NCBI GenBank assembly: GCA_964106915.2
Contig: OZ066915.1
Direction: 5' to 3' (one strand)
DNA: 64,000 bases
Source of the DNA: Podarcis gaigeae
Lineage: Eukaryota
Shown here: positions 25,922 through 59,800 of the stretch, piece after piece
How the letters are laid out: each line of letters starts with the position of its first letter
How positions within the stretch are numbered: the first letter of the stretch is position 1
The notes under the pieces: generated by a model
Databases searched by the model: none
What the model was told of the DNA's origin: nothing
Seen by the model: the letters and a program-made list of their open reading frames with translations, nothing else
Program-made: the position numbers and the translations under genes

Positions 25922-27557
25922 TTTAACCTAGGCTCTTCCACATGCAAATCATGTGTTTTATAACTGATGTGTGGTGCCACCCAGTAGCAGAAAGGCACAG
26001 AAACAGGCCTAGCTAAAATTATTCTGCTGTTTGGAATCAGTCCTGTGCACATGGCACAGTTTGATTCCTTAGCTCCACATCTGTTCTGCATATAGACGGG
26101 CATCCATGATGTCTGATGTGAAGATAATGTAGACTTGGCTGAGCTATCTGCACATTTGTGTTAAGAAACGTACCATTAACAATAATTAAATAAGCACGTG
26201 AAATCTCTCCTGCCAGTCTTTTCTGATTTTTCATTGCCTTTACAATCCTTTTCAGTATACAGGCATGCTTTTTTCCAGGATACTGTACTCCATTACCTAT
26301 CAGCAAACCAGGAAAATAAAGCCAGGATCAATCCTCACTTGTTTTCTTGGTTTGCTGACATTTAGACAGAGTTCACTGGTTTGGACATAGCAGGAAACTT
26401 TGATTTAATACATCTAGACTTTTCATACCAAAGAACCCAATGCACAGTTGGAGGAGTGGAGAAGCAGAGGAGAAGCATTCATTCCTGATGCTTGTTCCTG
26501 GCTTCATAAACCATGGCTTATGACGCTGGAAAGGCTCAATCAAACTGTGCAAATAAAAAAGGGTTACAAAACTACAATCCAGAAGGGGAAATTGCAAAAT
26601 ATCACCTATGCCTCAGGCACCAGAACAAAAATACTAGTTATACAGAAAATGCCTTGCTGTTCCACTGATTGCTCAGAACTGGTCTTGTGCTTTCATTGCT
26701 GTAGAGAAATTTCACAGTTCTACAGTGAATAATATCTCCCAATCTAGTGCAACTTTATTGACAGCTCAGCTGTACTGTAAAGTGTCACCACATCAGTGGA
26801 GTTGACAGTGTTCACTTTTATGCAAAGCAGAAAATACTTGGGAAGAATGCTGCTTTTCTAAATGTGTAAATGTCACGGTAGCATCTTGTGTCCCTCATGT
26901 AAGCAGTAACACCAGAACTAAAATCAGCAGCAAAAGCTGCCTGCTTGTCTCCTTGAAATTCCTTCCTATGCAGAATTTATGAAATCTGTCTATAATATCA
27001 GCAACAGAGGATAGAATAGCATCATAGGTGAATATAGAGCTTATGAATATCTAGAGCAGGGGTGTAACGAATATCACAACAGTTTATATAACAAGTTTTC
27101 ACTGCATTTGGTTCTGCTGGGTGACAGCTAAAGTTTTAGAAATGTTTTGGAGATGTAGATTTTGTTTTGTGCTACGTAAATCTCTGAATAGCGGGATGTT
27201 CCAGGGAAATCTTATTCTATAGAGCAGTTTTCCTTTGGCTAAAGTAACACTAGAGACTTAGTGTGGCATTTGTAATAAACTGCTTATTTACAAATGTACA
27301 AGCTGAGCAGGCAGGAAACCCAAGCAAGTGGACAAAATTCTAGCCTCATCCCAGCACACTATTAAAGATCAGTTCTACTGGTTGGCACCATTTTATAACC
27401 TTTTGTAACCAATTTGCATTATCCATGGATTGGGTCAGCGTCAGAAGATTTTAGCTCTCTTGGCACATCCATTTTTCACAAATACAGCCTCCCTCCCTAC
27501 ATTAGACTAAATAAAGGGCAACAAGACTGATAGTAGTGACTAGCCAGTAAGGAAATA

Positions 27558-27738
27558 CTGTATTTACTCAAAGGTAATGCACATCTTTTTTGGCCAAATT
27601 AACATTGCGAAAATTAGGGTGCACATTAGATTTGATGGCGCATATTACCTTTGGCAGCAAATACTTTTTTGGTTTCAAGGTTTTGAAAATTGAGGTGCGC
27701 ATTAGATTCAAAGGCACATTAGATTCGCGTAAATACAG
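27558..27738. mobile_element. Tc1/mariner-pogo type MITE (181 bp)
   Basis: TA|CTGTATTTAC...GTAAATACAG|TA; three internal GC(A/G)CATTAGATT repeats. Confidence 0.85.
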
Positions 27739-28052
27739 TACATACTGTTCACTATCTACTATCAAACAATTAGAACCTAGAAAGAAAGCTCTAGCTCTTT
27801 GCTTAGCCCAACAGCACAACATAGCTGTAACACTATTATTTACAGCAAGTGGAAGCTGCAACAAAATGTTGCTCTCCAGTGCTCCAGCCAGTTAGTCAAC
27901 TATGCTCCCTTCCAGCATACTCCATTCCATACTCCACTCTCCCTGGTCTTTTACCAACCCTACCAACACCCCCCCCACAAAAAAAAACCAATGTACACAA
28001 AAATTTGGAAAGAAGAGTGATTTTAAATGCACTAAATAATAACAGTATTATG

Positions 28053-28244
28053 TGGAACATAGGAAGTTGCCTTATACCAAGTCAGACCATTGGTCTGTTT
28101 AGCTCAGTATTGTTTACACTGACTGGAAGCAGCTGGCTAGGGTTTCAGGCAGGGGACATTCCCAGCCCTACCTGGAGATGCCAGTGAATAAAACTGGGAC
28201 CATCCATATGCAAAACAGATACTCAGCCACTGAGCTACAGCCCT
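28053..28244 (-). mobile_element. tRNA-derived squamate SINE (Squam3-like); degenerate relatives at about 22030-22137 (+) and flanking the 25.8 kb gap
   Basis: Reverse strand reads AGGGCTGTAGCTCAGTGG...GGCATCTCCAGGTAGGGCTGGG...GACCAATGGTCTGAC...CTTCCTATGTTCC; family name from memory. Confidence 0.8.
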
Positions 28245-28718
28245 TTGCTGTGACCATTGAGCATGATCTCAACCCCTTGGGGATTGGGGTTGGTTGGTCT
28301 CAATAGTTTATTTTCTTTTTGTTCCTTTGCAATCCTCCTGGTTCTCCCTCCCTCTTGCTTTCCAGCAGCTCTGTTTTGGCTACAATCCTAATGGCACTCA
28401 CAGCTTTTTAATATAATTCTTCAATGTGCTTATGTACACAGATGGTGCTATATTTGTATGAAGTAAATAATTCTACGACTATTTTGTTTCAAATGAGTCA
28501 AAGCACCTTATCAAGTCAGTCCAGCCATTCATTAAGAAATCAAAATGAGAAACAGGTACAAAAACACTGGGTGCATTCATACAACAAACCAGACAACTTG
28601 ACGTACTGCTGTTATTCAGAAGTAAATCTGCAGCACAGCTATATACAAAAGCACAAACACTCCTGCATGGGCAAAGAGAAATGAAAGTAAATCGTCCAAT
28701 GGGAAATATTTTCATATA

Positions 28719-29081
28719 CAGTACAATAGCATCTTGTGTGCAATTAACTTGTGCGATCTCAACCTTGTATGGTTGAAAACTGTCCGGTTGAAATCCCACA
28801 AATTAATTGCACACAAGGTGAAGAGCTTAAAAGCTCCTTTTGTGTTGAGTTTTCCTGGTGGAAAGAGCTTTTAAGCATGCATACTAGGTTCTGGGATGTT
28901 CTTGCTGGAACTTGGAACATCTCACAGCTGGCACAAGAGCATCCTAGAGCCCACTAAGTAAGGCAGAGAGCTTTTAAGCTTGGAAGGTACAGGTGGTTGC
29001 CTGGAAGTAGTTCAGAACTACCTGAGTTTGCATATACTCACCATCCTTGGAACATAACCCCCCCCATGCACAATTGTACTG
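28719..29081. mobile_element. Tigger-like non-autonomous DNA transposon with internal 35-bp inverted repeat
   Basis: TA|CAGTACAAT...ATTGTACTG termini; arms 28730-28764 and 28786-28820 with 4 mismatches. Confidence 0.7.
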
Positions 29082-29899
29082 TCTAATCAGGCAAAGCAGC
29101 ATTCATTAGTGTTTATTACATTACGTACTTTAATTGGTGAACAAACTAAAGTCCTTAGGAAACAAAACACACAAATCAGTGGCAGATCTATTGACAGAAT
29201 AAAAGGAGCTGAACTCTTCTTGACCCTTCCGTCCTTTAATATCTTAAATCCCACCACACATACTTGATTCTTAGACCCCTTCTCTCTTTATACTAGGGCA
29301 GACCCCAGTCTCTTGGATCCAGTTTCTTCTATGTTGTCTTCTTCCACCTGCCTTTCTTCTTTTCCCCAGGTACAGCTTTTATTTCCATTAAGACCTTGTC
29401 ATCCAAGATTCTCTCTGTAATCATCTTTTCTGTAGCTTGCATGAGCTCAGATTCTCTATGCCTCATCCCTAGTATCGTTTTCACTAGAGGAACAGGAGTG
29501 CGCCTAAATGCCCAGACATCAGAACACTAGGACATTCGGCAGAAATTAAATGACTCCACAATATTTTCTTTTGAAGAAGCATTATAATTCCTCTAAGCTT
29601 TATGAACAGATATGATTAGTGGATAGTGCTTAATGAAAAGTAGAAAGGTATATAGGCCATAATAGGTTTTCCTTGATGCTAAGGATAAAGAGAAAATGAG
29701 GTCTATAGCATTTAAAGATTTGTTTGGGAATACAGTAAATGTAAAATAAAAAAATAAACCAAGCGTGCCTCATGTACTTTCCATTTACTGACAATCTAAC
29801 AGATAGCTTTAAGATATATTTTTTTACTAAGAAATCCACATATCTGACACTTGCTGACAAGCAATAGTGTGCTGTGCATGAGGCTCTGTGTAGAAATAG

Positions 29900-30900
29900 C
29901 TGCTAAATAGACAGCTATGATTCTTATTAATAAATATACTGCATATATGCCAAAATGGTTCCTAAGTGTTTTACAACAATAAAATCAATACATCATTAAA
30001 ACACACAATAACAATTCAATTGTGCCCAAAACATCCTTAATTAAAATATGCAATAAAACAAACAATTAAAAAACTGTTTTTAAAGCAGTTTAAAAAACCA
30101 AAACACAGTTGAAACCATCAAACCAGAAGTTCAGTTCAGGGGAATGCTTGCCTAAACAGATGTGTCTTCAGGAGCTGGCAGAATGCCAATACTGATGGGG
30201 TCTCTTATATATCAGCAGGGAGGGCATTCCACAACATTGCTGCTGCCAGTGAAAAAGCCCATGTTACCACAAGCCTGTAATTATTGCAAAACTAAATTAG
30301 TTCCTTTAGCTGATCTTACTGCCCTTGCTAGGCAGTGAATAAGAATACTTTTTTCAGTTAACCTGGTCAGCTTATTTAGATTTTGTATGTAAGTATCTAT
30401 CAAATTGACACTTTCTGAAACAAGATGCAAACCAAAGCACAGCTTCAAAATTCACTCATCCAAATTTAGCATTGTATTTTGCCAACCAATATTTACAAAA
30501 ATGCATGTATTAGGAGAAATTACTTGCACAAATGTGTACATTACTGAAAACTGTATACAATTGTTTATTAGGAGAAATTCACACTAAAATGCTGCTGAAT
30601 TTTCAAAATTTTCAACAAATTGCTGCAAAATGTGGAGAACTGGGTTTAAGATTGGAAAAATGAGAGTCCGAGATGTGAAATAGACAGATTCTTCCATCCC
30701 TACTCTGGACCAGCTGCAAGGAAAGCCCAACAAAGCTTGCATTACAATAGTCCAGACAATTTACCAATATATATGCCACAGTGAACACATTACCCATGCC
30801 CAGGAAAGCTTTGCTACCTTAGCTCACCTGCTGGAAGGACAAATGGTACGTGTTGGATTGAATCATCACACCCCAAACTGGTGGATGCTTCAGTCAAAGG
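29900..30900 (-). mobile_element. Degenerate L2 LINE 3' region, interrupted by another insertion (about 30410-30700)
   Basis: Reverse frame LVNCLDYCNASFVGL..LQLVQ resembles L2 ORF2 (RLDYCN); AT-rich L2-like tail toward 29900; boundaries approximate. Confidence 0.6.
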
Positions 30901-31411
30901 TGACAAAGCACAAATGACTCTAGCATTCAGAACTGTGTGTTGGATTAAAGGTCTCACATTACCCTTTTGCATATGCAGGTGACCCAGTCCAGAAGTAGTT
31001 TGCTCACCCCCACCAACATCACTACACTGAATACATCTATGTCAGTTGTTTGTGTGTGCACAAACATTTTCAGCACAGGTGTGTGTAGCAAAATGCTTAC
31101 TTCATCATTGCTTAGGTTTTCTGAACAAGAACAGCCATATTCTGGGGTATATTTTATGGCTTATTTTTTTTAAGCTGGTAAGTACATGAGTTAAGTCATT
31201 AAAGTTTAGTGTGGGACAGTTACTGGTCCAGATGTGTGTCTAGTAAAAACAACAACTGATTTGCAAGTTTCAGAGTGATTTGCTGATTGTAATACTGATC
31301 AGTCACTAAAGCCATCTTGTGTCTGTCATACACAAAAGCACACCCTTGTAGTCTTCATAAATTAATTTGGAATAAGCACTGGCCATTATGTTCGAAGCTA
31401 TGAAGGACATA

Positions 31412-31662
31412 CAGTCGTACCTTGGTTTGTGAACACCTTGCAACTCGAACATTTTGGCTCCTGGACACCGCAAACCCGGAAGTGACTGTTCCAGTTTGTG
31501 AACATTCTTTGGAACCCAAATGTCCAGCACGGCTTCCGTAGCTTCTGATTGAGTGCAGGAAGCTCCTGCAGCCAATCGGAAGCTGCGCCTTGGTTTCCGA
31601 ACATTTTCAGAAGTTGAATGGACTTCTGGAATGGATTCCATTTGAGAAACAAGGTATGACTA
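31412..31662. mobile_element. Complete Tc1/mariner (Tigger-like) MITE, about 251 bp
   Basis: TA|CAGTCGTACCTTG...CAAGGTATGACTA|TA; central palindrome TGCAGGA-agc-TCCTGCA. Confidence 0.85.
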
Positions 31663-31959
31663 TAATATTAACCCCATGTATCTGGAGGTAAGCCCCACTG
31701 AATTAATTACAGCTTCTCAGATGACAGTTAGGATTGCACGGCTACTTCTCAGTAGACACATGCAGGATTACACTACAAATGGATTATCAACAATATGCTT
31801 TGAGAGGATAGAAGGCCTCCATACTGTTTAACAGGTCTGATTGGGAGAACAATAACCAGGGTTTTATAGCCCTAATCAAACCAGTCAAAGAATGGTAATA
31901 AATGCTACTCTTTCACCAGCTTTAAGTGTGCTAACAGTAAATCATACATATTAATTAAT

Positions 31960-32600
31960 ATTAATATGTTTGGTTGGTTTTAGCCCATTGCAGGTAATCA
32001 GTCAGTGTTTAGAATTCACAAGCAGTTCACATTCTACACTAGCTGCAACCTCCAGATCACAAGGGGAGACCTACCTAGAGTGCATTGCAGTAATTTCATC
32101 TTGTTATTACCAATGCCTGGGCTGCTGTGGTCTAGAAACAGTTGCAGTTGTGACACCAGCCACAGCTGGTTGAAGGCACTCTTAGCCACACAGGCCACCT
32201 GACCTTCCAGTGACAAAGCAAGATCAGGAGCACATACAATGTAGCTGCTCCTTCATGGTATAGTCTCATCTAGGGCAGGCAATTGACTGACCTCCTGGAT
32301 CCAGAAGTCATTCACACACAGAGCCTCCATCTTGCCATGATTCAGACTCAGCTTATTAGCCCCCATCAGCCCACTAATACATCCAGACACTGGGCCAGGG
32401 CTTGCACAGCCACTCCTGATTACAGAGAAGTAAAGCTGACTGTCAAAAGTGTACTGATGACACACAAGGGGCCGAGACTCCTAGCTGTCATGATTTATTT
32501 TAAAATAAGCCTCCAGCCCTTTTAAGGAGTGTTATGAAGCAAATCCTGTAGACACTGTTCTAATCAATTCCATTGTGAGAAATGAGCCTTCTCCCACCTT
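31960..32600 (-). mobile_element. Degenerate L2 LINE reverse-transcriptase fragment
   Basis: CHQYTFDSQLYFS (decayed YADD motif), ANKLSLNHGKME, LEGQVACVAKSAFNQLWLVSQL across frameshifts. Confidence 0.8.
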
Positions 32601-32663
32601 TCAGTGTTTGTAGACAATTAGTGAAGCCAGAGTTAGACTGATGAGTGTTCTAAAGAAAATTAA

Positions 32664-32773
32664 AGTCATATACTCACCAGGAAAGATCAAAATAGCTTCA
32701 ATATGAAGATGGAGAAAGGACTTTCTGGCTTATTTTGAAGCCGTTTTGAGATCATCCTGGTGAGTCTATGACT
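32664..32773. repeat. About 110-bp imperfect inverted repeat (probable small MITE)
   Basis: AGTCATATACTCACCAGGA...GCTTCAA pairs with TTGAAGC...TCCTGGTGAGTCTATGACT. Confidence 0.85.
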
Positions 32774-33884
32774 AATTTATCTCTACATTCGGACAATGGA
32801 AAAGAAATCTCATTTCATCTTTCTAATTCAGGTCCAATTTAATGAGAAGCTTCCCCCCCACTAAGTATGAAAACATTCTTAAAAACCTTGTGAATATATA
32901 TAGTTACTAAATTCGTATTAAAGGTGTGGCATTATGAGGGGATCCTCAGCAAAACCTGTCCTGCTTCCTTAGCCTAGTTTGAGCTGAACGTGCACTTCAG
33001 AAGGCAATAAAGGATTTGCCAAGGAATGCAAGTGGTAGAGGACCCAACAACATTCTGGAGAATGCTTGGCAACTTTTGCCCACAAACCCATGACTGTCAT
33101 AAGGCTTCCTCTTACTGCAATAGTTCCTGTTTATAAAAGTGTAGAATTGCTGTATCAAAACACAACAGCAGTAAAACAAAGTACATTCTGGAACTGTGCT
33201 TGGAATTCTATTAAGTGCTATGGAAATATGGATTTTCTTTAAATTCACATACATCTGGTTACATTATGTATGATATGGGGAAGTGCATCCTGTCCATTTT
33301 ACAAACTGGAAAATGAGACTGGAGAAGAATCCCAAATCACACAGGGTATCTTTGACACCAAAGAGGCCCAACAAAGATCTTGCAAGTTATAGATAACCAC
33401 TCTATAAATAGCTCATCCTTCTCCCTCTCAAATGTGAATTTGGAGCCTAAGAAACAATTCTTGATTCTTACCAGCCAATTTCAATTAACTCCAGAAGTAT
33501 TTTTTCCACACAGGGGACTTTTCATACATCTTAATTGATTAAAAATGTATATTACTCCATACAGACAACAGATGCATTTCTACAGTGCCTTTAAGAGGTT
33601 ACAGCAGTGGCAGAAGATCCAACAGAAAAGAGGTTACTTTTCTGCGGTTTTGTCCTGCGATAGTCCTGTAATTTTGAAGTGCCTTTCTATATATTCATGC
33701 TATTTAAGATCTAGAGTCTGCATTAAAATTAGACACTTGCCCATACCAAGGGCAAACTGATTCTTTCTCAGAGTTTCTCAAAACACTGCAAATCTATTCA
33801 AGGGAAATGGGAATCAGATGAATACTACCCAGACTTTTAATGCTTCCACTTAGTGAAAACTAGAAAGAGATATATTGTAGAATG

Positions 33885-34026
33885 CAGTAGTGGTAAGGAA
33901 GCTGTGGCCCTCCAGATACTGTTGGGAATCCAACTCCCATCAATTCCAGTCAGCATGGTCAGTGATTTGGGATGATGGGAGTTGCAGTCCAGCTATATCT
34001 GGAGGTGCACAGGTCCCTCACCCTTG
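33885..34026. mobile_element. Short palindromic hAT-type MITE; partial relatives at about 14146-14270, 44944-45015 and 56822-56870
   Basis: CTGTGGCCCTCCAGAT...CAACTCCCATCA versus TGATGGGAGTTG...ATCTGGAGG. Confidence 0.75.
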
Positions 34027-35077
34027 TTGCAGAAGAAACCTGAGGCTGCAGCTTCAAATAAAGAAGACATATCCAGCATGCAAGCAGCTTGTATAATCTG
34101 CCTTACAGACAAGTATGGTCCCTGATCCAATCAGAGTGTTGGGAGTTTCATTCAGGAGTAGAAGTGTTGTCCTGTGCCAGATCTTTCCAACAGATATGTT
34201 CTTTTAAAGAATGACTCAGTCAGAATCAGACTTTCACAGCATTTTTATCAGAGAATGGGGAAGTGAGACTAACCCTTGCATCCGGAAGATAGCATATGCT
34301 TTAAAATGCTCTTTGAAACAACAGAATAGTGGACAAAGAAAAGTTGAATGCTTTACTTTGCAAGTCTGTATTTGCTTTTATGTCCTAGAATACTGCCCCA
34401 CCACCATTCTTTCTGTTATCCATTTATATTTCCAGTTTTGCAGTAATTGTGCTTATGCAGCTGGTGTCCTGAACAGAGAAACTGAGAAACAAGAGTTTTT
34501 TCTTTGGAGATGTAAAATCTGCACACTTTGTGGATGTTTTGAATTACAAATTTAGGAAGACAACAGTACCATTAAAAGACCATGGTGAATTGGGGTGCAT
34601 CAATCACTTTACCCATCAAATAACATCAGGAGAAGTAACATATTAAAAGTAATAGGCAAGTAGTAGTGAAAGTGCTCAGAACAAGATAAAATTAAAAGGA
34701 TGATGAGGAGCTCCAAATAGTTGCTTCCCCAAAATTGTGTAATTATTTGGGAATTCCTCTCTGGGGACAATCTGTTTATATGGCCTACTCTTTACCGTGA
34801 GCATCAAGAAATCATAAAGAAACTGCTATCTCACAACAGGGAAGAACTGACCATGTCCTGAGGCACTTGGTTATTTGACCTAGCATGAGCAAATTGCCCC
34901 TCCATACTCACGGAGATATCTATAATTGGTTTTCATTTTTTTCTATTTTTAAAAAAACCCAGTTTACAATTATTGGTGCATTAATGGGATAATACCTTCA
35001 TCTGTAGAATTGATATGGCCTTCTACCAGTGCAGTTTGCTTAACGCTTTACAGAGTTTGCTACTATACTGGTAAACA

Positions 35078-35096
35078 TTTATTTAAATGCTTTATT
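35078..35096 (-). terminator. Possible FLT4 polyadenylation signals (tandem AATAAA), implying a 3'UTR of about 3.5 kb
   Basis: TTTATT on + at 35078-35083 and 35091-35096; another candidate exists near 37432; no transcript evidence. Confidence 0.3.
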
Positions 35097-35134
35097 TAAG
35101 CAATTGAAGCCATGTAAAATTCAGCAGATAAACA

Positions 35135-35414
35135 CAGAGGCGTATCAAGGTTCCCTTGCACCCTTGGCAAGGAGCTGTATTGGTACCCCCCCCCCCATCA
35201 CTTTACCACAATACCATATTAGAAATTCCTACATTTTACACAACCAAGTACCCGAAGCATCCGGAGTGAGAGTGAGGTGAAGAGGAAGGGTGGAAAAAAT
35301 GCATGCCTTTCTGTTGCGGTGTGAGAAAAACGGGAAGCTTCTCCTGCGTTTGAGCTCGCCACAATAGCAGTGTTGTGTTGCCCTTGATTTCGCAAACCCC
35401 TAATTACACCTCTG
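35135..35414. mobile_element. hAT MITE (280 bp)
   Basis: TIRs CAGAGGCGTA / TACACCTCTG; 8-bp TSD GATAAACA / GGTAAACA (7 of 8 match). Confidence 0.8.
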
Positions 35415-38400
35415 GGTAAACAGGAATATGACCAAATAGAAAAGAGAAAAAAGATGATAGTTTTTAAAATAAGTTATTTTAATGAAATGGAAGTACTACT
35501 GCTAGTTTAGTATTGCAAGAGAATAAAACTGGAAGTGGAATCTAGAATGTGGCTTCTTCACACATTAACACTGAGGGCTGCTTTCATTGTGACATTTTAA
35601 TCCTGTGAGAGGTGGATGCACACACCCCTCCAGATACACTATATGATTGGCCACTGTGAGAGGAGGATGCTGGACTAGATGGGCCTTTGGCATCACCCAA
35701 CAGTGTTTTTCTTATGTAAACACTGCAGGAACAATGTCACATTTCAAAACGCTCCAATTCCTGGATGCTGTGTAGCTGCACCCCAAAATCACTTAATCGA
35801 GAGTTCTTCCCCCGTTAAAGATCCACCAATGCCTATAACAATACTACAGGATGAGCAAGTCACATTGATGCTCATACAACATTAAACTTTTTATGGTTCC
35901 ACACTGTCCCTTATCTTTTAAAACTAGGTATTAAGACTAAGGGCACTTCCAGACTGTCACTGTTTTTGAGTGGAATTCAATCACATACTGGAAAATTCAG
36001 GTTGCAGAATTACAGCTGATTTTGAAGTACTGTGCAACAACCTGCTCTCCCACCCCCCATAGATTTTTTGCAGTAAAGGAAGTGCCAGGAAGTATGGGAT
36101 AACACTTGCTTTGATGCAAGGTCATCTAACCTTCCTGCAAAGAAATGAGAATGAATGCTCAATGAACAGGTTGTTTGGTCTTAATGGACCTGCAACATGA
36201 TCCTTCAGCTTTCCTGTAATCTGGAACACTTGATTAGATTAGATTTACAGCTTTGCACGTGTATCTACGTTGCTCAGGGCAGGGGGACTTCATCTGCATC
36301 TGGGTAGTGATTCAGTGCACTAAAAGTACAACTGAAATGGGTCCAGTTTGTGAAGTTCTCAGCTGTTCAGGTCAATGGGATTCTGCTAACAGAAAAAAGG
36401 AAGGAAATATTCCATGTAGAATTGTGTTTTCCATTTGTACACCATTTATATATCTCTTTGAGTCACCCTCCCCCTTTCTACAGAATATGTAATACACACA
36501 CAGAGGCAAGAGACTTTCATCCCTTCCACACCTGATAATAACTAAACCACAACTGTATACTTATGTAGATAGGAAATGTAATAAAAAGGGACAAGACATT
36601 GAGTGCACTCATAAAGATACAAATGAATGTAGAAAAGGCATGAACAATGATAATTACAAATGTATAAATGCATAAAGCCCTCTTATGGAGGAATATATAT
36701 AATCTGGAGGGGGGGAAACATATGCCCAATATGAAAAAAATAAAATAAGCTAAACCAAAACTATCAGTTCTATAAACAGAAGCCTGGCCTGCAAGCAGAA
36801 ATTCTTTCACATGGAGACACAACTGAGAGTGGGAGCCTCTGACACTGTACAGAATTATGAAGTGAAGTTCACAAGCTGGTCAAAAGCCATTTCATAAGGC
36901 TTTCACAGACATTTTCCTATGGCAGCGTCCTTCAGAATTAGAGCTGGGAGGGAAAGGCTCGTAGGCTATGCAAGGGAACAACTACACAAACAAGTTCAGA
37001 TTGACTCTATACTTATTTCTCATTTATGTAAAAAACAAAACCTCATTGATGCAATGGTTTACAATTAGAAGATGGAAAACTATGCTAAGGACTGTGTCAG
37101 GGAAGAATGCAAATGTGTGTATATGTTTAGTAATATCCTCAAATTCCAGACTATGGGCTGGGCTCAGCTAACCAGTGCCACCAGTGGAAGCCCACACAAG
37201 GACTTCTCCTAGCGCAATGGGACTTTCTTCCCTTCAGTGCCCCATATCCTCCCCCATTGGCTCAGGGATGAGGTGTCAGGAAACCCCTGGAACCGTAGAC
37301 AGCAAGAGGATAGGGTAGATTGTTTAATTAGGCAAGCAGAACAGCTTGCACTAACAAAATGACCTGCATTGTATTCCTCCTATTATAAATAATGCAAATT
37401 AGATACATTTGCAGAAATTTACTTTGTACTATTTATTCTAACATATGATATCCTGGAAAGAGGAAGTAAGGATGTAGGAATTGGGAGGTAGAGAAGAATA
37501 AGTAGAGGGACAGAGCTAAAAACACCAGTTAAGGGTTTCATTAGATTCTCTATTATAAGGTTGCATTCATTTCCACAAAGACAAAGTTCCACACTTTGCC
37601 GTGGGATGATAAGGGACACTAAATTTTTGAAAATGATGGCTGCCAATAAAAAACATTTTATAGCTGACCAGGGATTCAGGGGTGGGGTGGGAAATGACTG
37701 AACACATAAATGGGTTCCAAGTCTGTATATGTCAGTAGAGAGTGAAGGAAATTAATTTCCACCTTGAACTAGTTAACACCAAATCCCCCACTGCACAGAG
37801 ATAAAGTGGTCCGTTTGTACTAGAGCAGACAATAATGCCACCACAGACATGGGAATGGTGATGTGATAAAATCTATAATAGGCTTAGTGTCTAACATAAA
37901 TGAAATATGTAACACCATACAAGAATTAAGTATGTAATATATAGTTTTGTACTGATGTGTCTATAGGGAATGTCTATATCTAGTGAAGCAGGACTCTCCA
38001 AGTCTGGAAATACTGCTGCTCCTCCATTGCCCAAATTCATTCATTTGCTTCTTCCCCCTCCCATGATAGCTGAGTTGAAACAAGAGCAGAAGCAAACAAG
38101 GCTGCATATCAGGAAGAAACTCAGCTAAGACACATCTATTTTTATCTGACCTGAAATGAAGCTTATTACGGCAAAGTATTTGAATGGAGGCTGAATACTG
38201 AGCGGAGGCTGCAGCTCTCTACACACATCCATCTGGTGGCAGAACAGTCCTGTTTCACCCAGGGAACTGCATCCAATATCTATTGAGGGTGGCAGGGCGG
38301 TGGGGGGCAAATACAGAATCAGATCAAGGAAGTGTGCTAGTGCCAAGTGCAAGGACTATATCCCGCATCAAAATGCTTGGCATCTATCTTCACATCCAAG

Positions 38401-38545
38401 GAGTTCGCCATCTGTTCCACAGGGGTTCCCTACTGTGGATTCCTCAAGGATGAAGGGAAAGTGGGCTCCACTGAACAAATGTAGTGCTGCATAAGGGGCG
38501 AAGTGTAGTCTCTCAGCAGAGTGTCTCCACAATCTGTTCTTCCCT

Positions 38546-59800
<21,255 letters not shown>

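Noticed and set aside
29200-29500. About 50-codon minus-strand frame (MRHRESELMQ...GRWKKTT)
   Set aside because: The basic GRWKK-type segment looks like a decayed RTE-like LINE C-terminus, not a host exon
21600-38500. Search for an SCGB3A-like secretoglobin downstream of FLT4
   Set aside because: No secretoglobin-like exon recognised by eye; tBLASTn would be needed to exclude a divergent copy
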